Shown here piece after piece: positions 55,285 to 63,867 of a stretch of 64,000 bases of DNA. Numbering within the stretch: the stretch's first letter is position 1; each line of letters opens with the position of its first letter. The notes under the pieces are model-generated. The model did no database searches. It was not told the DNA's origin and saw nothing but the letters and a program-made list of their open reading frames with translations. The position numbers and the translations under genes were made by a program. The DNA comes from an uncultured Acidobacteriota bacterium (GTDB lineage Bacteria > Acidobacteriota > Vicinamibacteria > Vicinamibacterales > CAVVIG01), in contig CAVRVT010000001.1 in the NCBI GenBank assembly GCA_963724725.1, positions 942,407-1,006,406 on the forward strand, read 5' to 3'.

Positions 55285-55620
55285 TTATTCCGGGTTCAGC
55301 TCGCGAACGGGCCGCACCTCGACGCTGCCCTCACGCGCCGGCGGGATCTTCGCCGCGACCTGGATGGCGTCGTTCAAGTCGCGGGCCTCGATCAGGTAGA
55401 AGCCCGCGAGTTGCTCCTTGGTCTCGGCAAAAGGGCCGTCCGTGACCGACAGCTTGCCGCCGCGGATTCGCACCGTCGTGGCGGTCTCGATCGGTTGAAG
55501 TGCCTCCGCCGCCACCATGATGCCGCGCTGCCGGAGATCGTCGCCGCAGCTTTTGCATTCGCGATCGTGGACGGCGTGCAGCTTGTCTCCCTCGAGATAG
55601 ACCAGACACAGATACTTCAT
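55285..55620 (-). CDS. YCII-related domain protein
   Basis: MKYLCLVY..GKLSVTDGPFAETKEQLAGFYLIEA is typical of YciI/DGPF-type domains. Confidence 0.8.
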   Translation of the reverse strand: MKYLCLVYLEGDKLHAVHDRECKSCGDDLRQRGIMVAAEALQPIETATTVRIRGGKLSVTDGPFAETKEQLAGFYLIEARDLNDAIQVAAKIPPAREGSVEVRPVRELNPE

Positions 55621-56897
55621 ATGGTTCCTTTGCGGTCGTTCGGACGCCCGGTTCCGCCGAGTTCGGCCAGGCGCCGCTCGAGATAGCGGCGTTCGGGCTC
55701 CTGCCTGGTCAGGACGATCGCCCGCTCGTAGGCGGCTCGGGCCTCCGCGGTTCTGCCGAGACGTCTGAGGAGCTCCGCCCTCGCCGCGTGTGCGGGACGG
55801 TAGTCGCGCAGCTGCCCGCGATCGAGGATGGCGTCGATGATGCGCAGGCCTGTCGCGGGACCGTCGCGCATCGCGACCGCGACGGCGCGGTTCAGTGCGA
55901 CCACCGGCGAGGCGTCGGCCTGCAGCAGCAGGTCATAGAGGCCGACGATCTCGTCCCAGTCCGTCTCGGCCGCAACCGCGGCGTCCGCGTGAACCGCCGA
56001 GATCGCCGCCTGAATCGAGTACGGACCGCATCGCCCCGACCCAAGCGCGCGTTCGACGAGCCTCGATCCTTCGGCGATCTGCTCGCGATTCCAGCGCGAT
56101 CGGTCCTGGTCCTCGAGCAGGACGATGTCGCCGGACGCGGACGTGCGGGTGAGCCGCCGCGATTCGTGGAGCAGCATCAGCGCGAGCAGACCGAGCGCCT
56201 CGGGTTCCGGCTGCAGCTCGACGAGCAGACGTCCCAGCCGAATGGCCTCCGAGGAGAGATCCTCGCGCGTCAGGGCCGCACCCGCCGAGGCCGCGTAGCC
56301 CTCGTTGAACACCAGATAGATCACTCGCAACACCGCGTCCAGGCGATCCGGCAGCTCGGCCGGCGCCGGCACCTGATAGGGAATCTGCGCGTCGCGAATC
56401 TTCGCCTTCGCCCGCACGATCCGCTGCGCGAGCGTCGGTGCCGGCGTCAGGAACGCCCGCGCGATCTCTTCGGTCGTCAACCCGCACACTTCACGGAGCG
56501 TGAGCGCCACCTGCGCGTCGGGTGCCAGCGCCGGGTGGCAGCATGTGAAAATGAGCCGCAGGCGATCGTCTTCCACGCTCTCTTCGTCGGCCCACGCGTG
56601 CGGGTCGACGGCGCCGACATCTGCCTCGTCGCCCATCTCGTCGAGCGAGTCGAACCGCTTGCGGCGTCTGGCGGCGTCGATGGCCTTGAATCGTCCCGTC
56701 GAGACGAGCCATGCGCGCGGATTGGCAGGCACGCCGTCACGGGGCCACTGCTCGAGCGCCGCTCTGAATGCGTCGTGGAGCGCTTCTTCCGCGAGGTCGA
56801 AGTCGCCGAGCAGACGGATCAGCGTCGCGAGGACGCGACGTGAGTCCGACAGGTAGACGGCGCTTACCGCTTCGCGTACGGGATCGGTCGCCGTCAC
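55617..56897 (-). CDS. ECF-like sigma factor with long C-terminal helical (TPR-like) extension
   Basis: Sigma regions 2 and 4 (..EEALHDAFRAALEQWP.., ..GLTTEEIARAFLTPAPTLAQRIVRAK) plus a ~230-aa C-terminal domain. It overlaps the downstream YCII gene by 4 nt. Confidence 0.85.
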   Translation of the reverse strand: MTATDPVREAVSAVYLSDSRRVLATLIRLLGDFDLAEEALHDAFRAALEQWPRDGVPANPRAWLVSTGRFKAIDAARRRKRFDSLDEMGDEADVGAVDPHAWADEESVEDDRLRLIFTCCHPALAPDAQVALTLREVCGLTTEEIARAFLTPAPTLAQRIVRAKAKIRDAQIPYQVPAPAELPDRLDAVLRVIYLVFNEGYAASAGAALTREDLSSEAIRLGRLLVELQPEPEALGLLALMLLHESRRLTRTSASGDIVLLEDQDRSRWNREQIAEGSRLVERALGSGRCGPYSIQAAISAVHADAAVAAETDWDEIVGLYDLLLQADASPVVALNRAVAVAMRDGPATGLRIIDAILDRGQLRDYRPAHAARAELLRRLGRTAEARAAYERAIVLTRQEPERRYLERRLAELGGTGRPNDRKGTI

Positions 56898-56939
56898 AGC
56901 GACCGATCACATCACCTCCTGCGGCGGCGGCGCAAGCGG

Positions 56940-57365
56940 TCAGCGCTTGTCGCCCCGGCCGGCCTTGAACGATTCCTCCAGCTTCGCGACGGACGGCGGC
57001 ACGTCCTCGAAGTCTTCGATCTCGAACACCTGACGCAGCTCGATTTCCGCGACGCCGGCGTTGGTCGGGATGCAATCGGACGGCACGCGCCTGGCCCACT
57101 CGATGGCCTCTTCGCGTGACTTCACCTTGATCATCCAGTAGCCCGCGATGAGCTCCTTGGTTTCGATGAACGGGCCGTCGGTCACCTCGGCTCTGCCGTT
57201 CTGGAACGTCACTTTCGCGCCTTTCGAGCTCGGCTGCAGACCGGCGGCGTCCAGAAGCACTCCGGCCCTCACCAGCTCCTCGTTGTACTTGCCCATGATC
57301 TCGAGGTCTTCGCGGCCCGGCAGCACGCCCGCCTCGGTCCGTTTGTCAGCCTTCAGCAGCATCAT
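56940..57365 (-). CDS. YCII/DGPF-domain protein
   Basis: MMLLKAD..VTDGPFIETKELIAGYWMIKVKSREEAIEWARR, start taken at ATG 57365. Confidence 0.8.
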   Translation of the reverse strand: MMLLKADKRTEAGVLPGREDLEIMGKYNEELVRAGVLLDAAGLQPSSKGAKVTFQNGRAEVTDGPFIETKELIAGYWMIKVKSREEAIEWARRVPSDCIPTNAGVAEIELRQVFEIEDFEDVPPSVAKLEESFKAGRGDKR

Positions 57366-57519
57366 GAATCGCACGGTTGGATGTCCTCTCCAGACCCTTG
57401 TCGAACGGCCCGGCCCGAAATCGACAGGTCGACAGGCTGGCAATCGTAAGGCCGTTCGCGCCGGCGACGTCAACGCGTTCGGCTTTCAGGTACGATGACC
57501 AACGCATGCGTGCGGCGTC

Positions 57520-58866
57520 ATGATCGGGCTCGCGCTTCTCTGGGTCGTCTTCGTCCACGGATCGGTTTCCGGACTGCCCCTTCAGCAATCGCAGGCGGTG
57601 AGCTGCCGTGACTGGCGCGAGTGCCAGCAGCAGGCGCTCGCCGCCGCCGCCCGTCGCGACTACGAGACCTTCCACGATCTGGCGTGGCGCACCGTGCAGC
57701 TCGGTCCTCGTCAGGATCCGAGCCTGATGTTCCTGCTCGCGCGGGCGCAGTGCCTGAGCGGCCGCTCGCACGACGCGCTCGTCATGCTTCGGCGGATTGC
57801 CGGCGCGGGCGTCGCGCGCGAGGCCCTGACGAGCGACGATTTCCAGCGGACTCGAGATCTTCCGGGCTGGCCCGAGGTGCAGGCGCTCATCGAAGGGACC
57901 GCACCTGCGTCTGCCGCAACATCCGCGCCCACGGCCAGCGTGCCGGCGCCAGCCGCCCCGGCGACACCGCCGCCGCCCGTGCGGGAAGAGTCGGCGTCCA
58001 AGCCGGTGGTTGCCGGGAGCAAGCCGGGTGCAGTGGATCAAGCGGTCCGCCTGACGGCCGGGATCTTCGCTGCGGGCGGGCTTGCTTACGACGTCGTCTC
58101 GCATCGCTTCGTCGTCGGGGATCTGCACGGGCGCAAGCTGATGGTCGTGAGCGACGGCGCCGATCATGCCGTCGATCTCGTACGCGCGGAGTCCGCGGGA
58201 TTTCAGGACATCAAGGCGGTGGAAATCGACGGCCGGCGCGGCGATCTGTGGGTCGCGAGCGCCACCGGCGACGAGTGGACGATCCATCGCATGCAGCTCA
58301 TCTCGGGTCGCCCGTTGAAGGCCATCAACGCGTCGGTCGGCGGTGACCCGCTGAATCTTGCCGATCTGGCCATCACGCCTTCGGGAACCGTTCTCGCGAT
58401 CGACAGCGCAGCCGGACGACTGCTGATGCTCAAACCGGCTGCGACAAGCCTCGAGCTCGCGGTTCAGCTGAAAGTACAGACCGCCACCAGCGTCACTTCG
58501 ACGAACGACGAGGACATCGTCTACGTGGCTCACCAGACAGGCATCGTGCGCGTGGATCGTCGGACGAAAGCGGTCGCCACCGTGTCGGCCGCCTCCGGCG
58601 TTCAGTTTGGTCGGATCGAACGGCTTCGGTGGCATCGGAACGCCCTGATTGCCGTGCAGATCGCCGACGATGGCTCGCGGCGCGTGGTGCGGTTCGATCT
58701 CAATCGCTCGGGTCGCAGGGTGGTCGCGGCGACCGATCTCGATACGACGATTCCCGCAGCCGCGGGTCCGACGTTCGCCACGGTCACCGGCGACGAGCTG
58801 TCCTATCTGGTGGTTGACGCGCGCCCGTCGGCGCAGTTCATCATCCGACACCTGCGGCTGCCCTAG
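57520..58866 (+). CDS. Hypothetical protein: N-terminal anchor, helical region, Pro/Ala linker, C-terminal beta-propeller-like domain
   Basis: 448-aa ORF with natural composition. The long antisense ORF over it is Arg-rich and was rejected. Confidence 0.55.
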   Translation: MIGLALLWVVFVHGSVSGLPLQQSQAVSCRDWRECQQQALAAAARRDYETFHDLAWRTVQLGPRQDPSLMFLLARAQCLSGRSHDALVMLRRIAGAGVAREALTSDDFQRTRDLPGWPEVQALIEGTAPASAATSAPTASVPAPAAPATPPPPVREESASKPVVAGSKPGAVDQAVRLTAGIFAAGGLAYDVVSHRFVVGDLHGRKLMVVSDGADHAVDLVRAESAGFQDIKAVEIDGRRGDLWVASATGDEWTIHRMQLISGRPLKAINASVGGDPLNLADLAITPSGTVLAIDSAAGRLLMLKPAATSLELAVQLKVQTATSVTSTNDEDIVYVAHQTGIVRVDRRTKAVATVSAASGVQFGRIERLRWHRNALIAVQIADDGSRRVVRFDLNRSGRRVVAATDLDTTIPAAAGPTFATVTGDELSYLVVDARPSAQFIIRHLRLP

Positions 58867-59850
58867 TTCCGGCCGGGGAAGAACGTCGCAAGCCTTCGGG
58901 CATCGGCGTCGGAGAGGTCGATACCGACGGACGCCAGCGCTGCGTCGACATGCTTCGTCGTCCGCGGTCCGATGACGGCGGCGTCCACGCACGGATGGTG
59001 CAGCACCCACGCGAGCGCGAGGGCCGTCATGTCCACACCGCGCTCCCGGGCGTCTGATTCGAGCTTTGCAAGCCCATCGAAGACCGCGGGCGACACCAGG
59101 TGTTCGGTACGGTTCCGGGCGCAGCGTCATCCTCGATCCTTCGGGATACACGGCGGCGGTGCGATATTTTCCCGTCAGCCAGCCGCCGGCCAGCGGACTG
59201 AACGCCGTGAAGCCGACGCCTCGATCGCGGCACAAGGGAAACAGCTCGCGCTCCGCCGTTCGCTCGAGCAGGCTGTACGCGTTCTGCACCCATTCGAAGC
59301 GCACGTACCGGCGCAGTTCGCTGACGTTGAGCGCGCTCGCGAGCCGCCACGTTTCGATGTTGCTGGCGCCCACGTACAGAATCTTGCCCGCGCGGCGGAG
59401 ATCGTCCAGCGCGCTCAGCGTTTCCTCGAGCGGCGTTTCAGGATCCGGCTCGTGGATCAGGTACATGTCCAGTCGGTCCGTCTGGAGCCGCGCCAGGCTT
59501 GCGTCGACCTGCTGAACGATGTGCCGGCGCGACAGCCCGCGATCATTGGGACCGGCGCCGACCGGGTTGAAGACTTTCGAGCTGAGGAGCATCTGCTCGC
59601 GAACCGCGGACCCCTTCGTCCGCAGCCAGCGGCCGATATACGTTTCGCTGCGCCCGCCGCCGTACGCGTTGGCGGTATCGAGAAAGTTCACGCCGGCGTC
59701 AGCCGCGTGATCGAGCAGGGCGAATGCCTGCTCTTCGTTCTCACCCATGCCGAAGAACGCCGGTGCCGAGCCGATCCCGCCGAAGTTGCCGCAGCCCAGA
59801 CCGAGTCGCGATAGCTTGAGCCCGGTCGTACCGAGTCGCCGATACTCCAT
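58863..59850 (-). pseudogene. Aldo/keto reductase, 1-nt frame disruption (may be a sequence error)
   Basis: N-terminus MEYRRLGTTGLKLSRLGLGCGNFGG..NFLDTANAYGGG. The frame changes after ..RMTLRPEPY near 59106-59110. The other frame (ORF 58863-59096) continues ..SPAVFDGLAKL..ALAWVLHHP..VIGPRT. Confidence 0.75.
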
Positions 59851-59974
59851 GCGCGTCCGAGAGCGTACACGCGGACGACGAGCTTCCGCCAGATCCCGAT
59901 GTAACATGGCGCCGGAGCCCGGGGCTGTGGTGAGTCGCGGGCGAGCGCGAAGGCTTGAGCCGAGCGGAGAAACC

Positions 59975-60592
59975 ATGAGGATATTTGCCACGGTCGCAGT
60001 TTTCGCGGCGCTTCCGCTGCAGTCGGCAGCGCCCGGACCGCGTGCAGGTCAAGCCACCGTGATCATGGATAACGCGCGCGTGCGGGTCTACCGGGCTGGG
60101 GCGAGCTCGATGGCCGGGATCGAGCGGGGCCCCGGAGTCGTGATCTGGATCCAGGAGCAAGCCGCTGACGAGCGCGCACGCGCCGTCTGGCGAGACGATG
60201 TGACGGATGCGACGAAGGGACTCGCTGGTGGCCCGCTCGTGATCGTTCAGCCCCGGAACGCGGCGCCCAAGTCAGCGCCGCCCAAGGCCGGATCGAGTCC
60301 CGGATCGGCGCCGTTTGTCGGCATGAGCTTCGTCCCGCTCTTCGAGAACGCCCAGGTCTCCGTGTTGCGCGCGCGCATGGACGTCGACGCGCGCGAGGGC
60401 TTTCACACGCACGGATCCGACACGCTCGTCGTGCACCTTTCCGGCGGCGAGATCGAAGACACCGCCGACGGCAAGACCGTCGTCAATCGTTGGAGGCCTG
60501 GCGACGTCGAATTCGAATCCCTCGGATCCAGCCATTCCGCCAGAAATGTCGGACGCCCTGTTGACGTGATCCTTGTCGCGCTCAAGCCCTGA
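59975..60592 (+). CDS. Secreted two-domain cupin-like protein (paralog of 5232-5879)
   Basis: GGAGA Shine-Dalgarno, signal peptide, and FENAQVSVLRARMDVDAREGFHTHGSDTLVVHL, which parallels FENESVRVLRIHFGAHEKGGTHEHILNRVVVYL. Confidence 0.6.
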   Translation: MRIFATVAVFAALPLQSAAPGPRAGQATVIMDNARVRVYRAGASSMAGIERGPGVVIWIQEQAADERARAVWRDDVTDATKGLAGGPLVIVQPRNAAPKSAPPKAGSSPGSAPFVGMSFVPLFENAQVSVLRARMDVDAREGFHTHGSDTLVVHLSGGEIEDTADGKTVVNRWRPGDVEFESLGSSHSARNVGRPVDVILVALKP

Positions 60593-61911
60593 TCTTCCCG
60601 CCCAGAGGAGCCTGCGTCGCGTTCTCGGATTCGGGTTCGGCCTTGCCGTCATCGTCGGCGCGACGCTCGGCATCGGGATTCTGAGAACGCCCGGCCTCGT
60701 CGCCGGTCAGATCAGCAGTCCCGCTGGCATCCTCGCCGTCTGGATCGTCGGCGGCCTCTACACGCTCATCGGCGCCTCGTGCTTCTCGGAGCTCGGCACG
60801 ATGCTGCCCGACGAGGGCGGGTACTGACGTGTACGCGCACCACGCGTTCGGCGACACGGTGGGCTTCGCGGTCGGCTGGACCGACTGGCTGACGTACTGC
60901 TCCGTCCTCGGCTACGTGTCGATCGGAATGGCGGAATTCGTCGGCGTGCTCGCGCCGGCCCTCGCCGGATCGGTGAGCGCCGTGGCGGTCACCATCCTCG
61001 TCGCTCTCGTGGCTCTTCAGTGGGCCGGCGTTCGGGTCAGCAGTGGATTTCAGCAGACGACGACGGCGATCAAGTTCGTCGCGTTCCTGCTGGTCGTCGT
61101 GGCGGCGTTCACGATCGGCGAGCGGGCGCCGGTCTCCGCCGCGGTCACTTCTCACGCGTCGTTGACCGGGCTCGTGATTGCGCTGCAGGCCGTCGTCATT
61201 ACGTACGGCGGCTGGCAGAGCGCGCTCTATTTTTCAGAGGAGGATCGCGATCCGCGCCGGAACATACCGAGATCGATGATGGGCGGCGTCGCCGCGGTGA
61301 TCGTCATCTACCTTGCGATCAACGTCGCGCTCCTGTGGATTCTGCCTGTGCCTGACCTCGCGCGTTCGACGTTGCCGGCGGCGGACGCAGCGCGAATCCT
61401 GATCGGCCCCGCGGGACAGCAGGCGATCACGATCCTGTCGATTATCTCGCTGCCGCCGATGCTCAACGCGATCATCATGCTCGCGCCGCGGATACTGTTT
61501 GCCATGGGCCGCGATGGATTGCTGTGGAAGCGGACCGCGACCGTCACCGATCGCGGAACACCGGCGGTCGCGACGCTGGTCACGACTGTCGTGGCGGTCG
61601 GGCTGATCGCGACCGGAACCTTCCAGCGTCTCGTGGCAATTACCGCGTTCTTTCTCGCGCTGAACTACGCGATCTGCTGCCTTGCGCTCGTCGTCCTGCG
61701 CCGGCGCGAACCCGAACGCGATCGTCCATTTCGCGCGTGGGGCTATCCGTGGTCGGCGGCGATCGTCCTCGTCGGCGCCGTCGCGCTTCTCGCCGGTACG
61801 CTGGCCGGCGATACCGCCAACGGCGTCGGCGCGCTGGCGCTCCTGGCGGTCGGCCTCCTCGGTCGTTACGCGGTGCGGTCCAGGGCCGTTACCGGTCAGC
61901 GTCGCTTGTAG
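60573..61911 (+). pseudogene. APC-superfamily amino-acid permease interrupted by an in-frame TGA / 1-nt frame shift at 60822-60829
   Basis: ..FSELGTMLPDEGGY-TGA is followed one frame over by VYAHHAFGDTVGFAVGWTDW. Together they rebuild the conserved GG.Y.Y...FG permease motif. About 12 TM helices in total. Confidence 0.75.
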
Positions 61912-63854
61912 CGCAGGTTGACGAACGTTTCCTGATCGACGACCAGCGGTTTGACGAACTGGTGCGAGGTTCCAGCCCGCGGAACATCGACACGCACCGG
62001 AAGCACGCCGGCGGCGCGCTTCTGCAAGTTGATGACGTTCTGCGAGGGTTCCTGCTTCTGAGCTTCATTCACCTTTGCGTCGCCCCTGGGCGCGTTGACG
62101 GGCGGCGGGGGCGCAGGCGAAAGGCCGCCCGTCACGCCGCCAGTCACGCCGGCACCGACACCAAAGGCACGGCCGGATCCTTGTCCACTCATCATACGGT
62201 CCCGCTCGGCGTCGTCGCTTTCGGTCGAGACCGGGAACAGCGCGCGATCGATCACGTTGCCGTCGATGGCTTTGACTGAATAACTATCGGGCACGAACAG
62301 TTCCCACTCAACGATACCGATCGGGACATCCATCCTGGGAAGCGCCATCTGGAACTCGCCCTTGCGGGCGAACGGCGATCCGGCGTGCATGTACACGAAC
62401 GAGACCTCGTACCCTCCGTTCGGCTTGAGCCCGGGGCGCAGCAGCGGAATGCGAGTCCCGTCGGCGCCCAGCGCCGGCTTGACGGGCTCGTCCGCCACTT
62501 CCGCCGAGACGATCGTGGCTCCCGAAGGAAGCGTGACCCGGAGGAACGGCTGCGCGCGATTCTGGACGTGCATCCTGATTTCCGTGAGTGCCCGTCCTTC
62601 GCTCGTCACGAGCGTCGTCACCGTGGCCCGGTCTGAGACGGCAGCGAGGACGCCGGCATCTGCGAATCGTTTCACATCCACGCTCAGCGCGGTCGGCGTC
62701 GGCCCGCTGCGCTGATACCGAAACGCCGACAGAATCGGCAGCCGCGCGAGGGACTGCAGCGCCTGGTTCAGTTCTCTGACGTCCACCCGGTGCATCCCCT
62801 GCGCAGTTGCCGTCAGGTCGAGCGTGCCGACGCCCTCGATGCCGACCTCACCACGCTCGCGCTGTGCCTCCGGCAGGCTCGGAAACTTCGTGTCGAAAGT
62901 GAACGAGCCACCAGTGTGCGTCCGTTCGAGCGTCACGAGGAACTGATGACGACGAACCGCGGGGTCGCCGAGCGTGAGGATCACATTGCCGTCGCGCTGG
63001 TCGCTCGACTCGAGCGAACTGCCTGAGAGGCTCGTGAGCTCGTAACCCGCCGGCAGCTGAACGACGATCGTTCGTGGCTCTCCCTGTACGACCGTGACAT
63101 CGACGAGCGCCACCATACGGACGTCCGAATCGCCGAGCGTCACGAGCGTCAGGACGTCGGCGAGCAGTCGCACCTCTCGCGCGGCCGCGATGGGTGCGCT
63201 GTCGCGCATCGACCACCAGACGTCGGTCTGTACGCCCGGCCGCATCGTCACCTCGACGAGAGTGCGACCGTCGACCGTCGACCGTCTGGTAATCAGGCCG
63301 GCGGAGACATGAACGTCTGCCTGATCGCCAGGCACGTCGATCGTGGCACGCACAGTCCCGGCGGGCGGGGCCGGCAGGACGAATGACGCGCGTCCGGGTC
63401 CGAACACCAGTGGCGTGCCCCACTCGAGGGTGACAGCGAAGGGTCCGGGTCCGGAAAGGAGAGCCGTGTGCATGTTGCCGTCCGCATCGAGGGGAAGCGG
63501 CCGGCCGGACACGGTGCCCTCGATGAGCGTCGCGCTCGACAGCAGGTTGACACGATTGATACCCGGACGGAGCACGTCGCCGGCAAGGTTGAACACGCCG
63601 CGTGCACTGTCGCGCTCCACGCGCACACGCAGCTCGGCGCTCGACAGCACGGCACCCACCGGCGCCAGTGCCGGCCCCTGAGGCGGTCGATTGGCGAGAT
63701 CGACGAGACGGTTGTATTCGGTCAACGACAGCGTCACGCTTCGCGACGGATCGCTGCGGGGCGTGTCTCCGGGTCGGGCAGGCGTTTGCGCCGAGAGTGA
63801 TGCGGTCAGTATCACGAACGTCACGATGCAGATGGAGCGCGAAGGCTTTAACAT
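61896..63854 (-). CDS. Large secreted hypothetical protein (beta-rich, Gly-rich linker, conserved C-terminal LPVRVDVPRAG..F tail)
   Basis: 652-aa ORF with a signal peptide (..LTASLSAQ). No enzyme motif recognised. The C-terminal tail resembles the end of the partial upstream gene. Confidence 0.6.
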   Translation of the reverse strand: MLKPSRSICIVTFVILTASLSAQTPARPGDTPRSDPSRSVTLSLTEYNRLVDLANRPPQGPALAPVGAVLSSAELRVRVERDSARGVFNLAGDVLRPGINRVNLLSSATLIEGTVSGRPLPLDADGNMHTALLSGPGPFAVTLEWGTPLVFGPGRASFVLPAPPAGTVRATIDVPGDQADVHVSAGLITRRSTVDGRTLVEVTMRPGVQTDVWWSMRDSAPIAAAREVRLLADVLTLVTLGDSDVRMVALVDVTVVQGEPRTIVVQLPAGYELTSLSGSSLESSDQRDGNVILTLGDPAVRRHQFLVTLERTHTGGSFTFDTKFPSLPEAQRERGEVGIEGVGTLDLTATAQGMHRVDVRELNQALQSLARLPILSAFRYQRSGPTPTALSVDVKRFADAGVLAAVSDRATVTTLVTSEGRALTEIRMHVQNRAQPFLRVTLPSGATIVSAEVADEPVKPALGADGTRIPLLRPGLKPNGGYEVSFVYMHAGSPFARKGEFQMALPRMDVPIGIVEWELFVPDSYSVKAIDGNVIDRALFPVSTESDDAERDRMMSGQGSGRAFGVGAGVTGGVTGGLSPAPPPPVNAPRGDAKVNEAQKQEPSQNVINLQKRAAGVLPVRVDVPRAGTSHQFVKPLVVDQETFVNLRYKRR

Positions 63855-63867
63855 GTTTTCACCGTGC

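Noticed and set aside
57346-58860. C-terminal about 500 aa of the 881-aa minus-strand ORF
   Set aside because: Only the first ~250 residues (from ATG 59850) look like a real aldo/keto reductase. The rest is Arg-rich read-through after a frameshift and is antisense to the better plus-strand gene 57520-58866.
60825-60827. TGA as selenocysteine or read-through codon in the permease
   Set aside because: The conserved downstream sequence is in a different reading frame, so recoding of the stop alone cannot restore the protein.
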